In this document: positions 40,180-53,576 of the stretch, one piece after another | Numbering within the stretch: the stretch's first letter is position 1 | Layout: every line of letters begins with the position of its first letter | Assembly (NCBI GenBank): GCA_028023455.1 | Contig: JAQFVV010000001.1 | Coordinates: forward strand, 21,328,001 to 21,392,000 | Length of the DNA stretch: 64,000 bases | Origin: Epiperipatus broadwayi | Taxonomy: Eukaryota > Animalia > Onychophora | Direction: 5' to 3' | The notes under the pieces: model-generated | Seen by the model: only the letters and a program-made list of their open reading frames with translations | The model's database searches: none | Told to the model about the DNA's origin: nothing | Position numbers and translations under genes: made by a program

Positions 40180-40620
40180 TATTCATACTGCATGGATTTT
40201 ATAGACCATTCCATTATAATGTGGATATGCAAATTGTGTACTTGATAATTTAATTTGAGTTGTCTGTGGGATAGTGGAAGGACATAAAAAGTACCCTTTT
40301 CCTTCTATTATTTTTGGATGATGACCTGGATAAATGGCTATGGTTATTCTGAATTTATAATATTTACTTTTGCCATTATTTAGCAAATGAGATGCTTTCT
40401 TTCTGTAATTATTTTTCTTTTAAGTATATGTTGGGAGAAATCTTCTTGCAAGAAAAGTTTATGCCTCCTAGAGCCTTCCAGGAATGTCATTCATACATTG
40501 GCAACCAGTGATTATAGAAGAAGACTCCAAAGTACTTAAAACCCTGAGATCATTATCAGCATTCGTATTCCTTTCTTTACTGTAACTGCTACTGAGCAAA
40601 AGCCCATTCTGTAGGAGTCT
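40180..40620 (-). pseudogene. possible LINE RT C-terminal remnant
   Basis: QNGLLLSS (PQGS.LSP-like), NADND (ADD-like) and LNNGKSKYYKF...IYPG (LN..KS...YLG-like) occur in the expected order on the minus strand. Confidence 0.35.
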
Positions 40621-40689
40621 CTTTATTATTATTATTTTTATGATTATCCATCTTTCATTACTTTCCTCACCATCACATCCCTCTCTCTG

Positions 40690-41200
40690 TGATCCTCTTC
40701 CCACCCACCTTCCCATTTTTCCAATCTCCATCATCATCATTTTCCCCCATCCATAATCATTCTACATCCATCTTCACCCTTCCTTCATCCAACATCACAT
40801 CCCCCCTCTCTGTGTTTCTCTCCCTATCCACCATTCCCATTTTCCCAATCTCCATCATCATCATCATTTTCCCCCATCTATCATCATTATTTTCCCCCAT
40901 CTATCATCATTCAACGTCCCTTCACCCTTTCTTCATCAATTCCCATTAGGTCACAATTGGTGCCCAATCGTGGTGGCCTGATAGATACATTTGACACATC
41001 AGTAGATATCATTGTCATCATTTTCCACCATCCATCATGATTCTACATCCATCTTTATCCTTCCTTCATCCACCATCACATCCCCCTCTCTGTATTCTTC
41101 TCCCTATCCACCATTCCCATTTTCCCGCTCCATCATCATCATCATTTTTCCCCATCCATCATCATTCAACATCCCTTCACCCTTCCTTCATACATTCCCA
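40690..41200. repeat. CAT/CCAT-rich compound minisatellite (two ~200-bp related blocks)
   Basis: CATCACATCCCCCTCTCTGT...CCCTATCCACCATTCCCATTTTCC...CATCATCATCATTTTCCCC recurs at ~40790-40880 and ~41070-41155. Confidence 0.85.
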
Positions 41201-41311
41201 TTAGGTTACAATATATATATATAAAGGACTTTATGTAAACATTAGCCAAAACAATATTAGGTTACAATATATATATATAAAGGACTTTATGTAAACATTA
41301 GCCAAAACAAT
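41200..41311. repeat. ~57-bp tandem duplication
   Basis: TTAGGTTACAATATATATATATAAAGGACTTTATGTAAACATTAGCCAAAACAAT occurs twice head-to-tail. Confidence 0.9.
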
Positions 41312-41749
41312 TTTTCTTAGCAATAATTATTTTACTTTTTTACACTGTATTTTGTTCGATTAAAAATTAAAAATCATCTATTATTAATAATTAGTGATAA
41401 ATTCTGGATAAAATTATGCATACATAAAATTAAACTTTTAAAATGCTTATAACCATTGAAACTCTTTGAAAGTTTATGTATATTACATTGCTATTAATTA
41501 TGTAAAGTTATAGTATCAGTTTAATGAATTAACCTCTTTCATATAAAATGCAGACTGCATTTCTAATTAAAATACTTTTCAGCCATACATATATTTCTTT
41601 CAAAAACTATGTAAATGCGATTTTATTTCAAAAACAAACTTTATTTATGCTCAAAGAAAAATACATTAGGTTGATTCATATCCACAGTCTCTTTAGACAA
41701 CTAACAAGTGGTGGATCAGAGATACAAATGTTAATTCAATAAAGGAATT

Positions 41750-44700
41750 ATACATATAAACAAGAAAATGAGAAGGTTTACATTAAGTATAGTAGGTTCA
41801 TATAAATGTTCACTCTCAATTACATTATACTAGATCTGATAAAACCCTGTTGATTAGTGGAAAACAAATTATAAGACGGTTACAAAATGAAAATAATATG
41901 TGTGAATTTACTTCTAATAGGTTGTTAAATAAGGTTCCAGATGCATCCTTATTATATGGTAATATGTTAAACAATAGGGAAAAAAGCAAGTCAACGTGTA
42001 AAATAATCAAAGCAAGATGGGGTTTTGAAAGTTTGACCAGACTAAAGATTAAGTCCATATTGAAGCTCAGCAAGACAAGATAAAGTTCAAGTGCATATTT
42101 GGGGGGACATGGAAATTAAAAAAACAAAGGGAACTAGAACCCCTCTGAGTTCCAGGTTTGATCTGTGAGCCATAGCATACAAGTTTTCTTGTCTTTATCC
42201 GTTGATTTCCACTGTAACCTGAAGAATAGTACATCTATGGAACAGTCAAAATCCTTTTTGAATGGTGCCTGGCATCTAATTGCCCACATTATAAAGTTAA
42301 TGTGAAGAGCTAATTGAATAAAGCCAAATGAGCCTTTATTGATAGTGAATTAGGTGAACTTGAGCCAGATCAGGCATTGTCATTTTTATTTGGGCAATGT
42401 TGCAAAGATGAGCTTACATTTCACATTGACTAAGGATGTGAGTCATTGACTCATCATGCTTTTGACATAAGGGGCAGATGGGGTCTATTTTGTATCCCCT
42501 TTCAAAGCAAAGGAACATACCAGAGTGTATGGCAGCAAGGTTGACCTTCTAAAGGAAGTTCACAAACTTTGATTTTATTTTAAGGAACTTGGTGAATCAG
42601 GTAAGATGGGGGATCTCAACTGGAAGAATGTTTTGAGTCTTGGACTGTCCAACATTGACAGCAGGTAAGAATCCCAGTAGGTCATCTTCTCTTGAAATAA
42701 TGAGTGAGAAGTTTTAATTGTGTTGAGCACCAATGTAAGTTGTTGCTGTATCCAAAGGATTGTCTCTCTAGAAGGGAGCCTATCTGTAGTCTTGACCTCC
42801 TCTATGGGAAAAGGCTTTGAATGTTTAGGTTGTCTCTGAAAATCTTCACAAGGATATTATTCTTTCGCTGTGTAAAAAACACCTTGATAGAGTGTTGTCC
42901 CAAATCCAAGGGATTTGGGCTTTTGGAGTAAATTTAGGCTGATGACAGGAGTTTGCCCCATCCAGCACAATTTTTGCACAGGGTTTCAACCTTCCTGATA
43001 GAGGTGCTAGTAGGGTAGAAAATGGTGGGGTAATATATGATCTTTGGCAGAATAACAGTATGCAGGAGAGCCATCTTTACAAACAAGAAAAGGAAGATCT
43101 TGAATAAGGAGTTGATGGTGTTTCAATTTTTGTTAGAAGAGAACTCTAAATGTTTTCTCATTACTGACATGGTGAGGCAAGGTGAAAACCAAGAAACTTC
43201 TGAGGAGCTATAAATCTACCCATGATTTGCTTCCCCATCAAGATGGACCACATAGCTGATTTCCTTCCATTGACTCACAGACTGAATTCATGAGCAAGGT
43301 GGTCCAAAAGTTCTTTGAACCTAGTAAAATCATCCTGAGATGAGAAAAATACCATGTCATTCATATAGAATATGTGGTGTATGCTCTCTCCCAGCAAAGA
43401 GATAACAATTACCAAAAGAACAGCCTCTATGCATAGCAGCAATGTGTTTCTATATGCCATAAAAAGGAGTGCACTTAGTGGTGAGCCCTTAGAGATTGAC
43501 ACACAAGACTAAAACCCTGGGGAAACTCTTTTGTCCAGTAAGAGAAACAGTTCATAATTTTGTAGGTTCTTGATCATCTGGATGTATGCCAATGGCACTT
43601 GGAGCCCCACTAATGAGCACCTTGATCCAGATGCAGTCAAATGCACTGACAAAGTCAAGTTGGATTGTGACTGGATGAGACATCCTTTTCCTGTGCACAT
43701 GATCCACCTGAAGGCAAAACCTGCTGATAATATCAGTGGTCGAACTCCCTCTTTTGGCAAACTAATAAGAGGATAGCTGTCCAATGATGTTGTCTTGGAC
43801 ATCCTCATTTATAAGGCCCTTTATTGCTTTGATCAGCAGTGAAACCATGGAGATTGGATGAAGGTTCTTTAGGTCACTTAGGACTCTCAGGTCTTTTGAT
43901 GAGAGGAACCATTGTGATCAGGCAGTGTCCAGCCACCACTTGACTTCCACCAGCCAAAAAACTGACCATTTTCATGACATTTGGGATCATGATGGCATGC
44001 AGGTGTAGCAGTAGGAATTTAGGAATTCCATGAAGGCCAGGATGAGTCCCATTGGAAAAGGATTTAATATTCATTAATACTTCAGCCTCAGTGACCTTAT
44101 GTTTATCTGCATCCTCCCAGAAGTATGGAAGTGGTCTGAACCCAGGGGCTGAAATTTATTTGGAATAAAATTCCCAGATCCTGGCCAACATAAAAGAACC
44201 CAAATAACAATTGTCCCAGACCTCAATAGATCTAGGGGTCTTAGACTTTTGGACAGAACTCATGGCCCACTGGAGATAGTTCCTGGTCAGCAATGTTGTT
44301 GATGAAAGTACTGTGGAGTCCTTTTGATGGAGAGGTACTCAGCAGTGGCTTTTTGTTTGGATTTGTACTCTATCTTCAATGCAATTATTCTGGTGATGTT
44401 CTATACTTCATGAGGCAGGTTTTTCCATTCATATGCAATGGAAAGGTTCACCAAGAAGGTGAACAGTACCTTTAGAATATGCTGTGCAAGAGTCAATTAG
44501 ATTACTTAGGGTTTAGGAAAAGATATTTTATGCTTCTTCAGCAGAGAGGATTAACAGTTTTTCCCTGTGAAAGGTGATCTATGTCTGCAAAACCAGCTTG
44601 ATTGTAATATTGGCTTGAGCTAACATTCTGATGGTTCTGGGTAACTCAATTATGGGTTTATTGGCTTTTGGTTGATTTAGTTTGACTTCCAATGCATAGT

Positions 44701-47700
44701 GGTCTAAGAAGGTTGTGGGCCACAAGTGTGCCTAAATTATTGAGATTAAGGAAGGGGAGAAAAAACAAGGTTGATAAGGGAATGAGATTGCCTAGTGTAG
44801 AATGAAAAAGCTTCATCTGCAAAAAACATTTTTCCACTGGATAGACATTATATAATGGCCAGGATATATTTTATTTTGGAATGAATGGTTTGAATGATTG
44901 AAGTCACCTAGGATTATGGTTTGGAAATGAGGACTGTAATTTCTCTTTGTGATATCAGGTGATTTTACTAGACAGACACTGACCAAATTGAAGTACCAAC
45001 CTCTATTATATAATTGCAATAAGGCAGTTTAAATCAATAAATAAGATTTTAAACAAGGTAAGAGGTGAGTTTTTGTTTATGATAGTGGCCAATCTTCCTG
45101 CAGCAACATAAAAGAAAAAGTAGTGAAAAAACCCGAAGCTATTGATCAAATTGATTATGTGAGAGTCAGACTTCAGATGGAGCCTCACCTCACTAAGGCA
45201 TAAGATATCCAGTGCACTTCAGATGGAGCCTCATCTCATTAAGGTGTAAGATATCCAGTGCCTGGAGGCAAAACCAATGTGACAGAGCATATGCTCTGAC
45301 ACAGGAGTTCAAGCCCTGAATGCTGATACATTCATGACCTTAAGAGGCAAGACTACCACAAGACTGTGGTCATCCAAGTTCAGGTCACTTTTAATGGGAA
45401 GATCATCAGGCTCCAGGACTGGACTGGATTGTGATTCAATAGAAGGTGTGTCATTGGGAAGACTAATTGTGATGCTGGGTCAGCAATGGAAAAGATTGGC
45501 AGCCTGCCTAATTCCATCTTGGAGGTGTCCATCAGGGATACAGGAGAGTAGAGCTAATCCATCTATGCTTTCTAGATCCATTAGCAGATTGAGCAAAGGA
45601 AGGATCTAAAAGGTCTAGGAGAACATCCATGGCCACCCAATCAGCATCAGAAGAGGAATGTGATAGGGAAAATTTGAATTTTGGTTCATGATGTCTATTC
45701 TTATGCTACCAAACAGGAAGGAAAGGAGTGATGAAATTTAAGACTTCAGACACCATACTGCCATCAGCATCATTCTCGATGAAATCATTAGCCAGCAGTG
45801 CTCCAGCAAGATTCTTATTTAAGATGGGCTTGGGAATCCCTCATAAACATTCTGCTGCTTCAATGAAGTGGGAGAGTAAGAGTGGAATCCTGTAGAACCT
45901 GATGGTTAGACATTGAATCAAGCAATCTTTGGTAAGATGGAGATAGCAACTAGAAAGTCCAAAGAAGAGATTTCAAGGGCATAACAGAGTTGGAGCTGCA
46001 TTTTCTGAAATTTCCTTTTTATAAGATTATATTGAGAGCATATCTGGGCAGAGCAGGATTTCATGATGTGGCCCCATTGAGAACAAAAAACACTGGGGGC
46101 CATGCATCACAAGATTGATTATGAGGGGAAATTTATTACAGTGAATGAGCCCCAGGATAGGTAGCACGGAAATTCCCTTCCCTAGCACAATTCAAAAGTT
46201 GGCGACATTAGTGTATACCTCAGAGCCAATGTTCCACAGTTGGTTGTGTCCAAAGGAAATTACATTGCCAAAAGATGCCTAAAGCTTCTGTAATTTGATC
46301 CTCCCAAAATTGATTCTGCAATTCTGCATGTAGCCCTAAATAAATGCAGGGTGGTTGAGATCAATAGAGATTAGATATCATCCATCAAGGGATTTAGAAT
46401 TATTCTGGAAGGCCTCCTTAGCAACTACATTATGAAATTGGACCATCACATAGTGGTCATTCAGGTGAAACATATCTTAAAAACCAAAGGCCAGCTGTTA
46501 TGAGCCTTAAACAATTTATACAGGGCTTAGATTGGGAAATTTAAAAAGTTTCAAGTTATTATCTAAAGTGAACAGGATTATTGTGTTTGGATTTTTATAG
46601 ATCTTGAAAGATCTCATGAGGAGACCAGTTATCGATTGATTGAAACTTTCGTTGATAATATGATGATTTGAAATGTCATATGGGGAGGTTAGATTGGAAA
46701 AAGGTAATTGATTATCATAGCCATTTTCCCTGAAGTTGTTGTTGTCCCTGTCAATAATCATCATGGCTTTCCTGATGTTATCCATTTGAGGAGTTGCTTC
46801 ATCCATACTTATGTGGGCCAGGAAGGTAGGTCCTGGAGAATTTGAGCCAATAGCTGCTTTTTTTAGCATGGGGGGCTTTGTGATTAGAATTATGAGGTAA
46901 GGATTTTGGGTTAGGATTTTGGAGATTGAAACTGTTCAAGCCAATAGGTTGATTTGAAGCAAGTTCAGGGAATGATTCTTTGTATTTGGAATTGTAATAA
47001 TTGTCTTATCAATTTAATTTCTGATTCAATTCTTGGGTTACTTTTTGAAGTAAGTGCATTGGAATGTTAAGAATTAATTGTGTGTCTCTCTGAACTTTAA
47101 AACTTAACTCAGTTGATTTTGGATCACTTGTGGAATGGGCATTGGACCTAGATTCCTTATTATAGGCTCTTCTGCCATCAGAATTCAAACCAACTCCCTC
47201 TGAGTGATGCTGAGGGTCTTTCAACAGCTCTGTGGCTTTATCAGTGACACTATGAGCTTTCATGGTCCCAGAGCCACTGAAAAATGGATCAGGAATAGGC
47301 AATGCCTTATTATTTAGAGGATAAAATTCCTGATCATTGGGGTAATAAAAATATGGAGTCTCTTCTAAGAGACTTATGTGGTTGATTTTGGCATTTTCAT
47401 AGTTTATATCAATGTTTTCTGAGTCAGAAATACATCTGTTAGGCTTTACAGTGTTTTTTGAAAAAAATTTAAAAATTAATGGTGCTACTGTTTCGTCACT
47501 TTTTAGGTCATGTCTTTTTTTTTGAGACATGATAAAAATCCAATTTTTTCACAATGGGACTTTTGACCATTGAGATGTTTTGCCACATTTTAGCACTTTT
47601 AGTTTGACACTTTTTTGCTTTAAAACTTGAAATTTTTGGTGTTTTTGCAACAGATATTGCTTTTTGTGGACTTTGGAAAACTTGTTTATTAGTGAAGGCA

Positions 47701-48190
47701 TTAGGTTTTGTTTTAGGATTAGTATGGTAAGTTTTGCGATTAGAGTTCACATTATTTATTTTTTGCATTTCTGAAGATTTCATTTGTAAAACTATTGGTA
47801 AAAACTGACATTTTTTATTGCACTGAGGTAGAATTTAGGTTAGCAGAGAAACTTCTAGTTTGTCTCCTGACATTAGCTTTCTTGTCAGGCATAGCAAGTG
47901 AATTATGGCATCCTTATCCTGGGCAACTGTATCATTGCATGTTCTAGTTTATAGAAGCCTTTTTGCAAGTCACCATGAACATTCTTTACAATGAACAATA
48001 AATAAATCAAATAGTGAATTAAATCAGTAAGGTTTTAGATTAAATTAGGTTTAAATAGTAAAGGTAATCTTACTTGAAATTTTGGAGAACTTTTTTTTTG
48101 AAATCTCAAACTTATTAAATGCAAGTTAGCCTGCCTCAAGAGGAGATAAGGCAGAGCAATTCATCCAATATGGCAACTGGAAGAAGTCAT
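41750..48190 (-). mobile_element. degenerate near-full-length L1/Tx1-like LINE (ORF1 ~47990-45400 with zinc knuckle; ORF2 ~45345-41830 with APE and RT)
   Basis: ORF1 has a frameshifted C-x2-C-x4-H-x4-C knuckle (PQCF.CSQWGHIMKSC, ~46070-46020). The endonuclease shows LKVMNV, LDILCLSEVRL and IILGDFNH (~45345-44900). The RT shows IKSFSNGTHPGLHGIPK...ITMVPLIK (~44070-43890), KGSPLSALLF and FYMNDMVFF (~43495-43345). Numerous stops and frameshifts. Confidence 0.82.
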
Positions 48191-48955
48191 TATGTAAACA
48201 CAATTTATTTTTAAAAATATTTAAGTAAGCATATGTATATGAATCAGCATTAAAATGTCCTCTATTGAATTCTATATACAATACGATATTAAATAATATA
48301 TAAAGTAACACTACATATCCACAGTCTCATTAATCAGAAATTTTCATAACTATAGATTTGAAATATATATATATATATTGTAACGGTATATGCCATTACA
48401 TTAATTTAAAATTAGAATAATTTTTTTTTTTAATTCGTAAATAAAAACTAAAAGCTAAAAAGAATTAAAAGTTGTTTAACGTATATAATATATCGCACAG
48501 ATGCAAAACTTTAAAGTTATTTTTTTTTTTAAATAAAAAAAAAAGTATTTGAACATACTTTTTTATAAAAAATTATAATATCTAAAGATAAAATATATTT
48601 GTTAAAAGATTATTATGTAGTCTCAGTAAATGGAAATGATTGTTTTATAAATTAAATAAAAAGCAAACTAGCACTTGGGGCTCTTATATAAAAAAGTCAG
48701 ATGAAATATAGATAAGAGAACAAAAATAAATTAGATGTCCAATAGAAGCAGCAATGAAGGCTTGGACTGTAATGAAAATTTGGAACAGGAAACCATTGTT
48801 CAGTGAATTCGGTTGATCGGTATAAAAGGAAAAAATATTGAAATTAAAAACAGTTCCAGCTTGATTTTTTTTGAGGAGTGTGATAAGATGCAATTGTCAC
48901 TCTCTCTTTTATTTCAAATGAAATGACTTATGAATTATAAATGGTACTATTTCAG

Positions 48956-49088
48956 ATCCTGAATCATATGGGTTCTGCAATCAAATAGTACTAGGATTGA
49001 ACCAGCTAAGGCCATCTCCAGAACAACAGACCAGTCTTCAAATAGAGACATCACAGGAATTGGCATCAGGAACTGGGATTCTTCTACT
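48956..49088 (+). CDS. candidate internal host exon (133 nt), product unknown
   Basis: ctatttcAG|...|GTaaga flanks, GC above background, and one open frame (D)PESYGFCNQIVLGLNQLRPSPEQQTSLQIETSQELASGTGILL, phase 1 in and phase 2 out. The opposite strand also has a ~50-codon open frame here. Confidence 0.38.
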
Positions 49089-50533
49089 GTAAGACATGAA
49101 CTGTAAAATTTAAAAGTAATTAAGAACTTTCATTAAGATTTGACAAGCTTTTAATATTCAGCTAACCTAAATTTTAAAATGAACTTTTATCTGACTTAAT
49201 GTTTAATTTTTATACATTTGAGCTTGCTAAAAATCATTTCCATTTTTTTTTTATTAATATTTATTGTATAAATTATTTAAATGCATTAAATTTAAGTTGG
49301 GTATAGATGCTTGCACAGATTTGTTAACATTTAATTATGTTTTGTTTTCATATTTGATTAAAATATATAGACATTCGGTAAATAATGATACCGTATGTTG
49401 AGTATATAAAATGTATTTATTTGGATGTCTTTTAAGTTATTGGTGTCAATGCAGCATCTTATGATGAATGCCATTGGGTTTCTTGTAAATTTCCCTCTGC
49501 AATTCCATCAATGACTTTATATTTTGTTCATTTATGTTTATTTTGAAATGTTTTTAACTGTGTAATCTATGTAGCTGATCTATACTCAACTTTGAAAAAC
49601 AAACTTTTATAAAATTCAGCTGTGTGAAATTATAAATGTTAAATTTAAGTTGGGCATGAATGACTATATAGATTTGTAAAGTTATATTAATTAATTAAGG
49701 GAGGGTTAATCTTAGGTTATTTGTTGCATAGTTGGATTGGGTCAATGGATTGGATGTATCAGTGTAATTAGTAAATGTAGTATAAGGTCCGCTATGTGCA
49801 GGATAACCATTATATGCCACACCCTCCCTTTTAGCCTATGGAATGAGATAGTAAGACAGAAAATGCAGTCACTTCCTATGGATTTTTTTTATTGCTCTTC
49901 TCATCAGACAGATGTAGTATTCCTGTCTGGATGAGAGTCAATGTTTTCTATAACCATGCTGTTCAGATGCACATTCCTGACTGCATGGTATTTGTGCTGT
50001 CATATTCATACCCCATTGAATACATCGATGTATCAGATGGATTGATGTTGATTTAACTGCGAACTTTTGGCCTAAAGTTAAGTAAGGGATAGAATATTTT
50101 CTTTTCAAATGCAATCTATATAGTTTATTCATACTTGACGCTTTTAAAAATATTATTAAACAAATCTGTGCAGATTGTTCAAACTAAAAAAATAAATTTA
50201 AATTTAAAAATTAAATTAATAACCAACCTAAAATAATAAATTTTATTCCTCAATTTTATCTATATGTGTGTAAATAAATGTTTGTGTGTTAATTACTGGC
50301 AGTGGCTTCTTTTATTTTTTATTTTAATATTGAAAATATTTTTAAATAAGAATTTATATTTTATAAATCTCTGCATCTCACTGAGCTAGTGGCATTGGCT
50401 GATGGTCTGAATAAAACATGTAAAATGTGAATCTTAACCTACGTATCTGCCTACTATATAAATTTTCTAGGTTCTAATAACCTAGTGGTGCCCTGTAGTG
50501 CAGATATGGTAAGACTCTTTTTCTTTACAGACC

Positions 50534-50540
<7 letters not shown>

Positions 50541-50594
<54 letters not shown>
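50541..50594. repeat. (TA)n microsatellite
   Basis: TA dinucleotide run. Confidence 0.95.
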
Positions 50595-50599
<5 letters not shown>

Positions 50600-50942
50600 G
50601 AATTTATGAATTTTTCATACAGGTACCTTCCTACATGAGAAGCATCATGAACCATCATTCAAATAAACTTTTATTCCTTTTCCATAGCCAGTACCATTTT
50701 CACAACCATATAATTGAGATCATTATGATTTATTAAAGGAAAATTGTGTTTAAAATAGTCCTCAAAATATAGAATTAATGAAGATGGTAATTATTTGTAA
50801 CTATTAATAGGGGAAAACAATTAGAATGCTAAGCAAATGCATTCACATATGTACATTCTTACTTAAATTTGGGTAAATACATGTGAAAATGTGCTTTATT
50901 TCTATCACTTCATTAAATGGTTTGTAATGATGGTATATTATA

Positions 50943-51475
50943 AGATGTAATATGTTGGACTATTTCTATCATTTATGAGTAAATGTTGAATGTATAGAAA
51001 ATTTTAAACTTTATTTAAATTTTTCAAATACAAACAACTTGTTAGTAATAACACACAAATAGACAATACAGGTTAGTAATTACACAATGTTTCGAGTAGT
51101 ATTATTTTCCACTCTTCAGGTGTTGCTGGCATATATGCACAGTGACAATATTCGCTTAGAAGTTGAACTCACACCTTTGACAGAATAGCTCAGTGGTAGA
51201 GCATTTGCCTTAAATTCAATATACAAGGATCTAAAGGTGTGAGTTCAACTTCTAAGCGAATATTGTCACTGTGCATATAGGCCAGCAACACCTGAAGAAG
51301 AGTGGAGAATAATACTACTCGAAACATTGTGTAATTACTAACCTGTATTGTCTATTTGTGTGTTATTTATTACTAACAAGTTGTTTGTATTTGAAAAGTT
51401 TAAATAAGGTTTAAAATTTTCTATACATTCAACATTCACTCATAAATGATGGAAATAGTCCAACATATTACATCT
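50943..51475. mobile_element. fold-back of a tRNA-headed SINE-like element with a hammerhead-like core (arms 50943-51178 / 51233-51475, spacer 54 bp)
   Basis: Near-perfect ~240-bp inverted arms. The spacer holds ATAGCTCAGTGGTAGAGCATTTG (tRNA D-arm / A box) and the right arm begins AAGGTGTGAGTTCAACT (B-box-like). CTGAAGA-A-GAGTGG-agaataata-CTACTC-GAAAC lies at 51292-51325. Confidence 0.72.
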
Positions 51476-51954
51476 CAGAAAAGATGGTTTTTTAAAAAAT
51501 AATATTTAGCTTTATTAATTGATTTATCTTAATAATATTTATTGATATATTAATGTACATTTATCCAAAAATTATAATGAATTTGATCATAAAATGTTTT
51601 ACAAAGCTTTTAGATATAAGGGGGTTTGTATATCCTTGATTATGCATTTCTTTAAGGATTTAAATGTGTTTTTTTTTACACTGGTAATTTTATTTATGTA
51701 AATTGGAGGCAATAAGAAGTTGAATTTTGAAAATTATATTAAAGATTTAGTAAGTGAGAATTATAATGAGAATTTGTTATATAGATATTTAAAATCATTT
51801 TATAAAAAAAAGTCAAATTAAAGCTTGATGATTTTAAAATTAATGTTAAAAAAATGGATATCTTTGCCTTGTTCTTCAATTCTGGTTCCATTTTGAAAGA
51901 GGGCATTTCTACAAATTTTAATATTGGATTCAGGTTTTTTCTATCCTTAAGTAG

Positions 51955-52071
51955 ATTAATAATTAATAGTAATGACAGAATAAATCAGGCTGATAAGCAT
52001 CCATGCAAAGAACCTGGTTATCCAGTTATTTACTATATTGAAACTAAGGCTAGTTTATCTATGCATTTAAA
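51955..52071 (+). CDS. candidate host exon, product unknown
   Basis: tttttctatccttaagtAG|...|GTAAGT with a strong donor. The frame LIINSNDRINQADKHPCKEPGYPVIYYIETKASLSMHL is phase-compatible with the 48956-49088 exon. Confidence 0.22.
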
Positions 52072-52544
52072 GTAAGTAAATTTATGAGAAATATAATTCT
52101 CAACTTAATTTTTTTTTTAATCATAGGAAAATTCTAGACATGATTCTTCCCCTCACAGAGTGAATCAATCAAATGAAATGGAAAAAAAAATTAGGAATTT
52201 GTTGCGATGCTAATTTTAGTAACATTAGAAATCAAAGATTTAATAGTATGACATTTAAACAAACTTTGGAATTTTGACTGGAATTTTTTTTAATTTAATA
52301 ATTAGTTGCTGTGATTCTGTATACTATGCCAAAAATATATTCAATTACTATATTTTTAAAAATAATTACTTTAAATACATTGATAAAATGTTTTATTGTT
52401 TACAGTTTATATACAGAGTTTATATATATATTATTTTTATAGTTATTTTTTAGTAAATTATACAGCCATAATTTTGTCTATTACTTTGATTTATTTATAA
52501 TTTATCAATTAAGAGAAATATATATATATACACACACACACACA

Positions 52545-53576
52545 CACCTGGGTCTTGTTTTACGCGATAGATAGGTTCCTCAGAAAACACACGCAAACAA
52601 AATTATGCAAAAATAGACGTAACTTACATTGAAAAAGGGGGAATGCAGTCTGTGATTTTTCAAAATTCATGTAAAAGCAAAGCACCAATGTAAAATTACT
52701 TTAAAATTCGCGCAAAAAAAAATAAGGAAATAAAATATGACTAATAAAAAATTTCAAATTTGAAAAAATTGATACAAGACAAACTTTTTTTAACTATAAT
52801 ATTTAATTTTATTCAAAATAATATATTTTTGTGCATAATTTACAGTACAGTAATTTACATTTTTTTATATACATTTTAATTATTATAGCTATTTGTCAAA
52901 AAAACATGTTCATTTGCAAACAATTAGCACCAACTTCACACTCATGTTGTGTCAATGGTTTTCTGGTGACAATGTAATTAGTAATTAATCTTTGAGATGA
53001 TGATTTTATTAATTGTTTATGAAACTAACAACTAAAAATTAAATTCTTATTTTTGTCTTTAATTTTCAATTCCATTTAAAAATCAAATTTCACATCACAT
53101 TAATTTCAAGTCGCCGCCATAAGTAATTTTTAAATTGTTAATTACAATTAAAAATCAGATTTTAATTTTTAATTGTCAAATTTAATTGTGTCCACTGCTA
53201 TTATTGACCTTTTAAAAATAAACTTGTGGACACTAAATGATTAATAATTGATTTTGTTCTTTTTTAAAAAGCAAAAACAGAATGTGATTTAAAATGCAAA
53301 ATTAACACGCACAATGTTTGAACAAATTTACATTATAATCTTGTAAAATTTAATGTGTGTATACATAAAATGTGGAAATCATAATTTTAATTTCATTATT
53401 GCATAAAATCTTACTATTATAAAGCACTGAAAATATTGAAATTACTAAGATGAAAGTCGAATTCCAATAATGTGCTATTACTTTCAAAATTTATTATTTA
53501 AAGTAATAGCGCATTATCGGAAACGTGTAAGTTCAAAATTGTGTTAAATAAGTCTGCATAAAAAGAGACCCAGGTG
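52545..53576. mobile_element. TA-flanked MITE, copy 2 (uninterrupted, ~1.03 kb)
   Basis: Terminal inverted repeats CACCTGGGTCT...AGACCCAGGTG|TA; colinear with 5698-6876 plus 9581-9904. The left TSD is obscured by a (TA)(CA)n run. Confidence 0.88.

Noticed and set aside
51183-51255. tRNA gene
   Set aside because: The D-arm and a B-box-like motif are present, but there is no acceptor stem or anticodon arm; treated as a tRNA-derived SINE head.
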